Positions 19,990-29,443 of a stretch of DNA of 64,000 nt are shown piece after piece (within the stretch, counting starts at the first letter, position 1; the number at the start of each line of letters is the position of its first letter). Source of the stretch: Aggregatilineales bacterium (lineage in GTDB: Bacteria > Chloroflexota > Anaerolineae > Aggregatilineales > Ch27). The stretch spans positions 3,085-67,084 of the forward strand of contig JARKNX010000109.1 of assembly GCA_029976025.1 (NCBI GenBank), written 5' to 3'. The notes under the pieces are model-generated. The model was not told where the DNA came from and made no database searches. It was given only the letters and a program-made list of their open reading frames with translations. A program made the position numbers and the translations under genes.

Positions 19990-21789
19990 ATGGCCCCCCT
20001 TTCTTCGCAAGAAGCGTCACGCCGGCGTCAGCGCGGGCTGGAAGTAGCCGCGCGGATCAGCGCCGCTGATCCTGTCCTTCATATTGCCACGCTGTGCACC
20101 TTCGATACCGATTTGCTGCCGCCTTTCCTGGTGGAGGCGCTGGACCGCGCCGGGCTGGCCGCGGTTATTTCCGCCGGGCTGTTCGGGCAGATCGCGCAGC
20201 AGGCGCTGGACCCGGCCTCGGCGCTCTACCAGAACCCTCCGGACATCGTGCTCCTGATCCCGGCGGCGGATGATCTGCTGGAGTCGTTCTTCCAGCGTCC
20301 GCTGGCCCTCCGCCCGGAGGATATCGACGCGCTGGTGGATGATCAGGTGCTGCAAGTGCGTCTGACGGCGACCGCGCTGCTGGAACGGCTGCCCGCCGCC
20401 AGCATTTATCTGGTCGTCATGGATGCCCTGCAGGCGCCGCTGGAGCACCTGCTGGACCCGCTGGATGCCGCCCGCGGTCAGGGGGCGGTGGACCGCCTGC
20501 TGGCCGGCCTGCGCGCCCTGAGCGGGCTTTCGCCCCGCCTGGTGATTGTGGACTGGGCCTGGCAGACCCGCCGCTCCGGCCTGGACAGCTATATCGACCC
20601 GCGCCTGTGGTACCTGGCCCGGATGCGCCTCAACCCGCCCGGCCTGGCCGCCCTGGCCGATCTGGTCGCCGCCCACGTGGCTGCCTATCGCGGCCTGACC
20701 CGCAAGGTCGCCATCGTGGATCTGGATAACACCCTGTGGGGCGGCGTCGTGGGCGAAGATGGGCTGGCCGGGCTGGAACTCGGCGGGGACGGCCAGGGGC
20801 TGGCCTTTCAGGAATTTCAGCGGGAGCTGCTCAGGCTTCACGATATCGGGATCGTGCTGGCGGTGTGCAGCAAGAACAACCCCGCCGACGCCTGGGAAGT
20901 CTTTGACCACCACGAAGGCATGATCCTCCGTCGTGAACATCTGGCCTCCGCCCGGATCAACTGGCAGGATAAAGCGACTAACCTGCGCGAGATTGCCGAA
21001 GAACTCAGCCTGGGGCTGGATAGCTTCGTGTTTCTGGATGACAACCCGGTGGAGCGGGAATGGGTCCGCACCGCCCTGCCCGAAGTGCTGACGCCGGACC
21101 TGCCCGCCGATGTCGTCCTGCGGCCGGGCTTCCTGCGGGAGCTGCCGGCCTTCCGGCGGCTGCACCTGACGGCGGAGGACCTGGGCCGCGCCGAGTCGTA
21201 CAAGGCGGAGGCCCGCCGGCGCAACTTGCGCGAGGAGGCTGGCTCTTTGCAGGATTTCCTGGCCTCGCTGGAGCAGGAGATCACCATCCAGCCGGTGCAC
21301 GCCGGGACGATGGCCCGCGCCGCGCAGATGTGCCAGCGCACTAACCAGTTCAACCTGACCACGCACCGCTACACCGTCGCCGATCTGGAGCATTTGCTGG
21401 CTGACCCGGCTGTGGAGGCGTACACCGTCGCCGTCCGCGACCGCTTCGGCGACAGCGGCATCACCGGCCTGGCGATCCTGCGCCTGAGCGCGGATGTTGC
21501 CGAGCTGGATTCCTTCCTCCTGAGCTGCCGGGTGCTGGGTCGGGGGGTCGAAGATACGCTGCTGACTTTTTTGGCCGGCCGGGCGCGGGCGCGCGGCGCG
21601 CGCGCCCTGCTGGGGCGTTATATTCCCACGGCCAAAAACGGACAGACGGCCGCTTTTTATCCGGCGCACGGCTTCCAGCCTGCCCCCGGCGATAGCGGCG
21701 GCGCTCTGTTCCGCCTGTGCCTGGAGTCCGCCGCCGCCCCGGATGCGCCCGCGCTCTCCCCTGCCGCTCCAGGAGACCTCCCTGCATGA
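19990..21789 (+). CDS. FkbH-like HAD-IIIC family protein with a C-terminal GNAT-like domain
   Basis: HAD motif I VAIVDLDNTLWGG, motif CSKNN, FLDDNP. C-terminal acyltransferase-like region (FLLSCRVLGRGVE). ATG at 19990 preferred to the TTG at 19957. Confidence 0.75.
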   Translation: MAPLSSQEASRRRQRGLEVAARISAADPVLHIATLCTFDTDLLPPFLVEALDRAGLAAVISAGLFGQIAQQALDPASALYQNPPDIVLLIPAADDLLESFFQRPLALRPEDIDALVDDQVLQVRLTATALLERLPAASIYLVVMDALQAPLEHLLDPLDAARGQGAVDRLLAGLRALSGLSPRLVIVDWAWQTRRSGLDSYIDPRLWYLARMRLNPPGLAALADLVAAHVAAYRGLTRKVAIVDLDNTLWGGVVGEDGLAGLELGGDGQGLAFQEFQRELLRLHDIGIVLAVCSKNNPADAWEVFDHHEGMILRREHLASARINWQDKATNLREIAEELSLGLDSFVFLDDNPVEREWVRTALPEVLTPDLPADVVLRPGFLRELPAFRRLHLTAEDLGRAESYKAEARRRNLREEAGSLQDFLASLEQEITIQPVHAGTMARAAQMCQRTNQFNLTTHRYTVADLEHLLADPAVEAYTVAVRDRFGDSGITGLAILRLSADVAELDSFLLSCRVLGRGVEDTLLTFLAGRARARGARALLGRYIPTAKNGQTAAFYPAHGFQPAPGDSGGALFRLCLESAAAPDAPALSPAAPGDLPA

Positions 21790-22022
21790 CTACTGATCGG
21801 GTCAAAGCCGTCATGGCCGTCGCGTTCAATGTCCCGGCGGGTCAGATCCCCGATAACGCGGTCATTGGCGAATTCTCGCCCTGGGACTCGGTCGGGCATA
21901 TGCAGCTCATGCTGGAGCTGGAATCTGTGTTCGGCGTCAGCATCCCCAGCGACGTCATGTTCGAGCTGCTTTCGCTGGCCGATATTGAAGCCTACCTGAA
22001 AGAAAACGGAGTCTTCGCCTGA
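21786..22022 (+). CDS. Acyl carrier protein
   Basis: 78 aa with the phosphopantetheine attachment motif WDSVGHMQL (DS). Its start overlaps the upstream stop (ATGA). Confidence 0.8.
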   Translation: MTTDRVKAVMAVAFNVPAGQIPDNAVIGEFSPWDSVGHMQLMLELESVFGVSIPSDVMFELLSLADIEAYLKENGVFA

Positions 22023-23227
22023 TGCCGGACCCGGCCATCCCTGCTGCGCTGGCCGGCAAGCCATTCGACGCCTGCCGGGTAGGCGACTCAGCCAGCTGGA
22101 CTCATCGCCTGACGGAAGAGGATGTCCGGCGCTTTGCCGAGCTTTCCGGCGACTACAACCCGGTCCATCTGGACGACAGCTACGCCCGCCAGCACGGCTT
22201 CCGGTCGCGGATCGTTTACGGTATGCTGGCCGGCGGCGCGTATCTGTCGCGGGTGCTGGGGATGCTGCTGCCCGGGCCGGGAGCACTGTGGCTCACCCAG
22301 GACACGCGCTTCGCCCGCCCGATTTACCTCGGCGACGAGATTACGATCACGGTGCGCGTTACCCAGAAGAACGACGCCCTGCGCACCCTGGTGCTGGAAA
22401 CCGCGGCAACCAACCAGCGCGGCGAGCGCGTGCAGTCCGGCGAAGCAAAGGTGATGATGCTTATGAATGAGAAGACACTCCCCTGGGACGAGATGACAGC
22501 CGTGGTGACCGGCGGCAGCCGCGGCATCGGCGCGGCGATCTGCGCTGCGCTGGGGGAGCGCGGCGCGCGCGTGGTGGTTAACTACCATCAGCAGGCCGCC
22601 GCCGCCGCCGAAGTTGTCGCGGCGGTGGAGCAGCTCGGCGGGCGGGCGGTCGCCGTTCAGGCCGATATCACCGCCGCCGCTGACTGCGCCCGCCTGGTGG
22701 AGGCGGCCCGCGCCGCCTTCGGGCCAGTGAATGTCCTGGTGCACAATGCCACCCCGCCCGTGATCGAGAAAGCGCTGCTGGACCTGACCGAGGAAGATTT
22801 CGACGGCTACTATCGGGCTTACGTGCAGGGGGCTTTCAACCTGGCCCGGCAGGTCGTGCCGGAGATGAAGGCGGCCGGCTGTGGCCGGATCGTCCACGTG
22901 CTGGCCAGCGCCGTACTGGGCAACCCGCCGCCCGGCCTGGCCGCCTACGTGGCCGCCAAGAGCGGCCTGCTCGGCCTGTCGCGGGCGATGGCGGTGGAGC
23001 TTGCCCCCTTCGGCATCACGGTCAACAGCGTCTCCCCCTCGGTCGTGCCCACTGACCGCTGGCGGGATGTCCCCGATACGCGCCTGCGGGCGATGGTGCG
23101 GGGTATCCCGCTGCAGCGCTTCGCCACCCCGCAGGATGTGGCGCGGGCGGTGCTGATCTGCCTGGGGCCGGAGGGCAGCTACATGACCGGCGTTAACCTC
23201 CCCATCGCCGGCGGCGAAGTGATGTAG
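22022..23227 (+). CDS. MaoC-like (R)-hydratase hot-dog domain fused to an SDR (FabG-like) reductase
   Basis: N-terminus FAELSGDYNPVHLD (MaoC motif). C-terminus TGGSRGIGAA (Rossmann) with YVAAK (YxxxK). Start overlaps the ACP stop (TGATG). Confidence 0.8.
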   Translation: MPDPAIPAALAGKPFDACRVGDSASWTHRLTEEDVRRFAELSGDYNPVHLDDSYARQHGFRSRIVYGMLAGGAYLSRVLGMLLPGPGALWLTQDTRFARPIYLGDEITITVRVTQKNDALRTLVLETAATNQRGERVQSGEAKVMMLMNEKTLPWDEMTAVVTGGSRGIGAAICAALGERGARVVVNYHQQAAAAAEVVAAVEQLGGRAVAVQADITAAADCARLVEAARAAFGPVNVLVHNATPPVIEKALLDLTEEDFDGYYRAYVQGAFNLARQVVPEMKAAGCGRIVHVLASAVLGNPPPGLAAYVAAKSGLLGLSRAMAVELAPFGITVNSVSPSVVPTDRWRDVPDTRLRAMVRGIPLQRFATPQDVARAVLICLGPEGSYMTGVNLPIAGGEVM

Positions 23228-23360
23228 GACCCTCTCCCCGGCTCTCATTGCGAGGGAGGTGTGTCCCCCGCTTTCTGCCGTCAGACATGGATGGTATGAT
23301 AGACGCCTGCCGGGCTGATCCTTCCCGGCCTGTTATTGAGGGTGTGCCGGGGAGGCTGGT

Positions 23361-24011
23361 ATGCGTTTTTCTGCCCTGCTGTGGGATATGGATGGCACGC
23401 TGTTCGACACCTACCCACCGCTCCGCCAGGCGCTGATCGAAGTCTTTCGCGAAGCAGGCGTGACCGTCAGCACGGAGCGCGCCGCCCGCCTGCTGGCGGT
23501 CACATTTGACCATGCGCTGGAGACTCTGGCTGCCGAATATGGGCTGGACCCCGCCCCGCTGAAAGACGCTTACTACGACCGCGCCGCGCACATCCCCCCG
23601 GAGACGCAGCCGCCGTTCCCCGGTGTGACGGCGTTATGCCGGCGGGTCGCGGCGGCGGGCGGGCGCAACCTGATCTTCACCCACCGCGGGCGGGAATCGC
23701 TGGATCGCTTTCTGACGCTGTACGGCATGGCCGATCTGTTCAGCGCCACGCTGACGGTGGACCAGGGCTACCCGCGCAAGCCGGACCCGACCGGCTTCCT
23801 GACGCTCATCACGCAGAGCGGCCTGACCCCGGCCGACGCCCTGGCTGTCGGCGACCGCGATCTGGATATCGAGGCCGGCATCGCGGCGGGCATCGCCACC
23901 TGCTGCTTCGCCCCGGCCGATTTCCCCGGCGGCGCGCCGCCGCCCGCCGCCCGCCCCGATTATACAATCGCCTCCTATGCGGAGCTGGAAAACCTGCTTT
24001 TCAGCGTGTGA
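23361..24011 (+). CDS. HAD-superfamily hydrolase (phosphoglycolate phosphatase-like)
   Basis: Motif I LLWDMDGTL, motif III KPDP, motif IV VGDRDLDIEAG. Confidence 0.8.
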   Translation: MRFSALLWDMDGTLFDTYPPLRQALIEVFREAGVTVSTERAARLLAVTFDHALETLAAEYGLDPAPLKDAYYDRAAHIPPETQPPFPGVTALCRRVAAAGGRNLIFTHRGRESLDRFLTLYGMADLFSATLTVDQGYPRKPDPTGFLTLITQSGLTPADALAVGDRDLDIEAGIAAGIATCCFAPADFPGGAPPPAARPDYTIASYAELENLLFSV

Positions 24012-24254
24012 CGCAGCCGCGCAGGCCGCGTATCGTCAGGCTCCCGTCGGACAAACGCCGGGAACCCGGCCTTCAAAGCGACATGTGCAGCGGGTATACT
24101 GGCCCTGCTTTGCAGGGCGATGGCCGTCTGTTTGACGCATAGCTCCTGTAGTCGCGCGGGATGAGGGGCCGGCGCCCCTTATCTAGGCCCTTTACCCGAA
24201 CTATTCCGTCCATAGAACAGACCGTTCGTCCAGTCAGGAAAGGATTCTGTAACG

Positions 24255-25781
24255 ATGCAAAAAATGCGAATATTCTTCAATCGGCGTATCGCGCTGATGA
24301 GCATGACCCTCGGGGCGGCTCTGCTCCTGCTGCCGGTCCTGCCGGCCCTGGCCCAGGGCGGGGCGGAGTCAATCGCTTACAACAGCAGCGTCACTGGCGC
24401 GCTGGACGCGACAGCATCTGTCGTCAGCTACAGCATCACCGGCGCGGCGGGCGATCAGATCGCGGCAACCGTCATCGGGCTGGCGGCGGGCATGAAGCCC
24501 GACCTGGAACTCACCGGCCCGGCGGGGACTCCCCCCGTGCAGGGGAGCGCCGATCCGCTCCAGCCGGCCAGCGGCGGGGCCGCGCTGTACGCCGTCCTGC
24601 CAGTTGAGGGCGCCTACACCCTGACCGTCAGCGCGGGCAAAGGGACACTGGGCAGTTTTGTGCTGACGCTGACCGGTGGCCCGGCTCCGGAGGCGAGCCT
24701 GCTGGCCGATGACCAGCCGACCGAAGTCACTATCACGTCCGATTCCGAGCCGCCGACGATGCGCTTCGATCTGACCCCCGATGGGCCGACGACGCTCACG
24801 CTTTCCAGCCTGACGGCGCGGTTCGCCTATGCGGCCGAAGTGCGCGACGGCCAGGGGCAGCCTGTGGCCCGGCTGGGCGGGGGAGTGCAGACGGCGACCG
24901 TGACGCTGGCCCCCGGGGACAGCACCTATACGCTGACGGTTGGCGGCGCAACACCGGAACAGGCCGGCATCGTGTCCGTGCTGGTGACGCGTGGCGCGGC
25001 TGCCGCGACCCCGACGGTTGCTGTCACGCCCGCCACCCCGACTGTTTCTGACGGTGACTGCACGGCGGCGGCCCTGTATCTGGCCGATGTGACTGTGCCG
25101 GACGGCACGCTGATCGAGCCGGGGACCGAGTTCGTCAAGACCTGGCGGATTCAGAATTCCGGCACCTGCACGTGGGGCGAAGGCTACACCTTCACCCAGA
25201 TCGACGGGACCCTGATTACGCCGACCCGGGCGGACCTGCCGTTGCCGGAGCTGGCCCCGGGCGAATCCTTCGATTACAGCGTAGTCCTCTCCCTGGGCCT
25301 GAATGCGCCGCTGGGCGAGCCAACCGGGGCGACCTTTGAAATGCGCCACCCCAGCGGGTATGTCTTTGGCCCGCTGCTCTCAGTGCAGATCATCCCCGGC
25401 GTGCCGGAGCAGTCCAGCGCGGCCCAGACCGGCGACTGCATCAACCAGGCCGTCTTCAACGCCGATGTGACCATCCCCGATGGCTCGTCTGTCGCGCCCG
25501 GGCAGCCGTTCGTCAAGACCTGGCGGATTATGAATACGGGGACCTGCGCCTGGGATGAGACGTACACGCTGGTCCAGATCATCGGCGACCTGCTGGTGGC
25601 CGACCCGGCCTCGGTGCCGCTGGACGTGACCGCGCCCAACGCCACCGCCGATGTCAGCGCCTCGCTGACCCTGGCCGTGACCGCGCCGGCGGGCCAGTCC
25701 CAGCGGGCCGTCTTCCGCCTGAGGACGCTGGATGGGCAGTACTTCGGCGACGAGTTGTATGTAGAAGTCGTCCCGCAGTAG
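24255..25781 (+). CDS. Secreted protein with an N-terminal PPC-like domain and two C-terminal NBR1/FW-like Ig domains
   Basis: Signal peptide; IAYNSSVTGALD..Y.I (pre-peptidase C-terminal-like). Duplicated motif FVKTWRIQNSGTCTW / FVKTWRIMNTGTCAW. Confidence 0.6.
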   Translation: MQKMRIFFNRRIALMSMTLGAALLLLPVLPALAQGGAESIAYNSSVTGALDATASVVSYSITGAAGDQIAATVIGLAAGMKPDLELTGPAGTPPVQGSADPLQPASGGAALYAVLPVEGAYTLTVSAGKGTLGSFVLTLTGGPAPEASLLADDQPTEVTITSDSEPPTMRFDLTPDGPTTLTLSSLTARFAYAAEVRDGQGQPVARLGGGVQTATVTLAPGDSTYTLTVGGATPEQAGIVSVLVTRGAAAATPTVAVTPATPTVSDGDCTAAALYLADVTVPDGTLIEPGTEFVKTWRIQNSGTCTWGEGYTFTQIDGTLITPTRADLPLPELAPGESFDYSVVLSLGLNAPLGEPTGATFEMRHPSGYVFGPLLSVQIIPGVPEQSSAAQTGDCINQAVFNADVTIPDGSSVAPGQPFVKTWRIMNTGTCAWDETYTLVQIIGDLLVADPASVPLDVTAPNATADVSASLTLAVTAPAGQSQRAVFRLRTLDGQYFGDELYVEVVPQ

Positions 25782-25853
25782 GGCGGAGATAACCGCGCAG
25801 ATAACAAAGTGGGGCGGCCGGCGGGCTGCCCCATTTTGTCTGGTGTTCGATCC

Positions 25854-26189
25854 CTATTCTGGCGGCTCGACAAAAGGCGGGCTGTAGCCGAGCTGGCCTG
25901 TCCCGATCCGTTTCAGACGGGGTTCTTCCTCCGGGGCCGGGCGGCGGCGTTTGAAGATAGCCAGCTTCCCGCCGATCACCGGATCGTTCAGGAACACTTC
26001 GTCAAAAGTGATGAACTCCCAGCCCTCCAGCCCCAGAGTCTGGAAGTACTCCTGCCAGTCCGGGCCGCGATCCCAGCGGTCGAGCTTCTCCCCGTTCACG
26101 GCGAACGGACGGTAAACGCTGGTCTGGAACCCGCGCGAGAGCGCAATCTGGACAAACAGGTAATCCCACTGGACATATTGTCCGGCCAT
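25854..26189 (-). CDS. DUF4177-like small protein
   Basis: WDYLFVQI...LGLEGWEFITF pattern; internal ATG (26187-26189) chosen as the start. Confidence 0.45.
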   Translation of the reverse strand: MAGQYVQWDYLFVQIALSRGFQTSVYRPFAVNGEKLDRWDRGPDWQEYFQTLGLEGWEFITFDEVFLNDPVIGGKLAIFKRRRPAPEEEPRLKRIGTGQLGYSPPFVEPPE

Positions 26190-26282
26190 ACTCCCTCCGT
26201 CGCGAAATGAAGGGCACTCTCCTCCAGCATACGCCAGGTCTGCTTCTCTGTATACTGTTTTCAACCGAATCCTAACCGGCGG

Positions 26283-27026
26283 TCAGGCTTTCACCGCTTC
26301 AATGATCGTCTCCGGCCCGGCCTGGCGGATACGATGCCCCGGCGGCACAACCAGAAATTCCGCCTCCGGCCAGTCGCCGCGCACCAGCATTCGCAGCAGA
26401 CGGTTGTCGCCCTGCTTGCGCTCGAACAGCCAGCCGCGTTCCTGCGCCTGGTCGTGGGCGATCTGCTCAAAGTGCGCCGAGGAGTCGCCGCCGTGGCCCA
26501 TGTCGATGAAGACGGCCCGATCGTAGTGCTTGCCCCATTCGCCCATCACCGCCATCAGGTAATCGGCGTTGTCCTGCCCGTATTTGGCCACATACTCTTC
26601 GTAGACTTCGTCTATCTGGCCCAGGTTAGCCGCGCCCAGCCCGTCCATCTTGCCGCTGTTGCGCTCCAGGTAATCCAGGCTGTACCAGTACGTGCCGGGG
26701 TGAGCCTCAAATTCGGTCTGGTAGCGCCCCGCCGAGCCGAGGTAGAGCGTGATGCAGTCGTGGGCGCGGGTCATGACCAGCGGTGTGTGGGCCGAGGTCA
26801 GCTCCAGCGTGGACGTGCCGCAGATGCCGTAGACGAGCAGGATGGCGTCGCACTCCCCCGGCGCGATAGCGTCAATCTGCTCCTGCAGGGTCTGGCGAAG
26901 CACTTTGGGCGTGTTATGAAGGCCCTGCTTGTACAGCCGGATGCTGATGGTATGGGGTGAATCGGCAGAAGCGGCATAGATGCTGCGGGCCAGGGCTTCA
27001 CAGGTGAGGGCGATGTAGTGCTTCAT
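26283..27026 (-). CDS. DUF1638 domain protein
   Basis: 247 aa, N-terminus KHYIALTCEALAR and LVYGICGT, resembling the DUF1638 family. Recognised by eye only. Confidence 0.5.
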   Translation of the reverse strand: MKHYIALTCEALARSIYAASADSPHTISIRLYKQGLHNTPKVLRQTLQEQIDAIAPGECDAILLVYGICGTSTLELTSAHTPLVMTRAHDCITLYLGSAGRYQTEFEAHPGTYWYSLDYLERNSGKMDGLGAANLGQIDEVYEEYVAKYGQDNADYLMAVMGEWGKHYDRAVFIDMGHGGDSSAHFEQIAHDQAQERGWLFERKQGDNRLLRMLVRGDWPEAEFLVVPPGHRIRQAGPETIIEAVKA

Positions 27027-27053
27027 TGGGATAGGAAGTCCTCTCTATAATAA

Positions 27054-27089
27054 GCGGGCCTCCCGCCAGTCGGCCAGCAGGAGGCCCGC
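27054..27089 (-). terminator. Rho-independent terminator after the 27104-28753 gene
   Basis: GCGGGCCTCC / GGAGGCCCGC 10-bp stem, followed on the minus strand by TTATTATAGAG. Confidence 0.6.
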
Positions 27090-27103
27090 GCTGCTCAAAA
27101 AAC

Positions 27104-28753
27104 TTACTTGATAGCAACCGTGAAGCTGACGCTGTGGTTGCGGGAGAGCGAATCTATGCCGTAGATCGTCACCGTGGCCGCAGCGCCCGGCATACCCTCG
27201 CAGTAGATGGTCACTGGAATCTGGGTGGGGTACGGGTATATGTCGGCTACGGCGTCGATATCGACCGGGTTGCTGCTGACGGCCCCGCTCATATAAAGAG
27301 TCGAGCCGTCGCCGGGCACGAAATTAGCCGTCACGTTAAACGCTGTGCCCGAGCTGCAGGTGTAAGAACAGGCGGGCACGCGCAGCGTGCCGTCGCCGCC
27401 GCAGGCAATCGATTGTCCGCAGGTTCCCGGGTCCCACAGGCACGCCCCTTCTGGCGAGAGCACGCATTCGCCGTCATGGCCGCAGGTGTTGCAGCTACCG
27501 CAGCCGCCCCACTGGCCGGGCTGCCAGTCCGAGCCGGGGGTGATCCCCTGCGGGAGGATCGGCGTCGGGCCGGACGGCGGCGCGACGGGCGGTGTGTAGA
27601 AGCTGAGCAGGATTTCAAACAGATCTTCCGGCAGGTGAAAATCGGAAAATAGGCCGGAACCGGCGGCGGCCTGCCCGGCGGCCAGAATCTCAGCGGAGAG
27701 CGCGGCGAGCAGGTCCGGGTCGGTGATCGGGAGCAGGTGAGACGTATCATCCACCACGCCGTCCTCGCCGAGCGCAATTGCCACGCTGTCGCCCAGGCGG
27801 GACAGGACGACCGGCACGCCGTTGATCGTCGTGTGCAGGCCGCCTTCCAGCAGCGACAGCAGCAGGGTCGGGAATTCCATATCCGGGAGCTGGACCATCA
27901 TCAGGACGACGGTTGAGCCGATGGTGATATCCAGATTATTGACGCGCAGGGTGACATCGGCCAGCTCAGTGCTCTGGATGACGACGGCATCTGGCGCCTG
28001 GGTGCAGGTCGGCGCGCCCAGGCCGGTGGTGAAGTAAAACGCCTGCATCGGCCCGTAGCGCGGCGGCGTGTTCGGCCCGTAGGTCACCGGCAGCGCGTCC
28101 AGGCCGGCCTGGTCGGCGATGCGGATCACCTGCCAGTTGATCCACAGCCGCCCGTGCGTTTTATCGATAAAAGCCTGAAACCATTCGCCGCTTTCATCTT
28201 TGCCGATCAGGAGCAGCTCCGTGCCGGCGGGCACGCTGTAGGGCACGTTGGCGTTGGGGGAGGGCCGGCTGCGCAGGTTGGCCGCGGTCAGGGTCACGGC
28301 GGTGACGGAGGCCGAAGCGGTCACCGCTTCTTCCGGCGGGACCTGATTCTCGATGGAGGTGTTGCCCATCAGCATGAAGGTGACGGCCTGGCCGGGCAGC
28401 ACATCCGGCAGGTTGGCCTGCACTTCCAGCAGGGCCACGCCCCACAGGTCGGCGGCCACATCCAGCGGCGTCGTGGACAGGGTCTGCAAATCCACCAGGG
28501 CGACCCGGTCCGCCGGGTTGCTGAAGATCAGGTCGTCGCGCGCCTGCCAGAAGGTCGCATCGACGCGGTTATGGCCGTAGCAGGCCGAATTGCGCCCCAG
28601 GCCGCCGCAGAGATTCTCCAGCGAGGCGAGCGCCGTCTGCACTACAGCCAGGCAGTTATCCAGCTCTCCCTGGGCCTGGGTCGGGCTGCGCGGCCCGATC
28701 GACATGCCGGCCAGCATCATGCTGACCAGCAAAAGTATTTTTATCGTACGCAT
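27104..28753 (-). CDS. Secreted hypothetical protein (SH3-like segment, Cys-rich C-terminal region)
   Basis: Signal peptide MRTIKILLLVSMMLAGMSIG; ANLRSRPS...VPAGTELLLIG..ESGEWF (SH3b-like); C-terminal Cys-rich block (GGCGSCNTCGHDGEC). Confidence 0.55.
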   Translation of the reverse strand: MRTIKILLLVSMMLAGMSIGPRSPTQAQGELDNCLAVVQTALASLENLCGGLGRNSACYGHNRVDATFWQARDDLIFSNPADRVALVDLQTLSTTPLDVAADLWGVALLEVQANLPDVLPGQAVTFMLMGNTSIENQVPPEEAVTASASVTAVTLTAANLRSRPSPNANVPYSVPAGTELLLIGKDESGEWFQAFIDKTHGRLWINWQVIRIADQAGLDALPVTYGPNTPPRYGPMQAFYFTTGLGAPTCTQAPDAVVIQSTELADVTLRVNNLDITIGSTVVLMMVQLPDMEFPTLLLSLLEGGLHTTINGVPVVLSRLGDSVAIALGEDGVVDDTSHLLPITDPDLLAALSAEILAAGQAAAGSGLFSDFHLPEDLFEILLSFYTPPVAPPSGPTPILPQGITPGSDWQPGQWGGCGSCNTCGHDGECVLSPEGACLWDPGTCGQSIACGGDGTLRVPACSYTCSSGTAFNVTANFVPGDGSTLYMSGAVSSNPVDIDAVADIYPYPTQIPVTIYCEGMPGAAATVTIYGIDSLSRNHSVSFTVAIK

Positions 28754-28920
28754 CAGGCACTCTCTCCCGGCACTACGTTTCCTATCAAGAATATCATAGA
28801 CCAAAACGAGTCTTCTGTACAAAGCATCAATAGTTTATCTCTTTTATCGAAAATCGATCTGTGCGCCCGGCTTCTACCCATAGAAAATAGAGGGGAGGAC
28901 GCCGGTCCGCCGCCGGGCGG

Positions 28921-29433
28921 TCAGTCGAAGACGCCGGTCGGGTGGCAACCCAGATTCGCCGCGCGGGCCGCCCGTTCCAGATCGTTGAACAGCCGGGCGT
29001 GAGCTGTATCTGGCGGATACTGCACCGCCTCCGCATAGCCTTCCCGCACCAGGATTTCGTTGACGAACTGCCCGTTGACGTATACGTAACGCAGCAGGCG
29101 GCCAAAGCGGTCGGTCTCGCTGACATCGCGCACCAGGGTGACCGTCTGGCCGTCAACCAGGCGGGCGTTGGCCCGCGTCGCCTCGCGGTAGCAGGCTTCG
29201 TCGCGCTCCGGCGTGTTGATGCCGATATAGCGCACGCGGGAGCGCACGCCGTCGATCAGGACATCAATGGTGTCGCCGTCGATCACGTTCACCACGCGGC
29301 CCACTTCCCCGGCAGGGGCCGGTGAGCCGGAGCGCGGGGGCGCTTCCAGGCCGTCGATAAGCTGGCAGCCAGCCAGCAGCCAGCAGCACAGCGCGGCGGC
29401 CAGAATTATCTTGATGAGGGGGCGTGTATGCAT
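28921..29433 (-). CDS. Thermonuclease (staphylococcal nuclease-like) lipoprotein
   Basis: Lipobox LLAGC. SNase motifs VVNVIDGDTIDV, VRYIGINTPE, DRFGRLLRYVY. Confidence 0.85.
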   Translation of the reverse strand: MHTRPLIKIILAAALCCWLLAGCQLIDGLEAPPRSGSPAPAGEVGRVVNVIDGDTIDVLIDGVRSRVRYIGINTPERDEACYREATRANARLVDGQTVTLVRDVSETDRFGRLLRYVYVNGQFVNEILVREGYAEAVQYPPDTAHARLFNDLERAARAANLGCHPTGVFD

Positions 29434-29443
29434 GGCGGGTCCT

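Noticed and set aside
20017-21669. 550-aa minus-strand ORF
   Set aside because: It is antisense to the FkbH-like gene, which has clear HAD motifs. Its composition is Gln/Arg/Gly-rich and it has no motifs.
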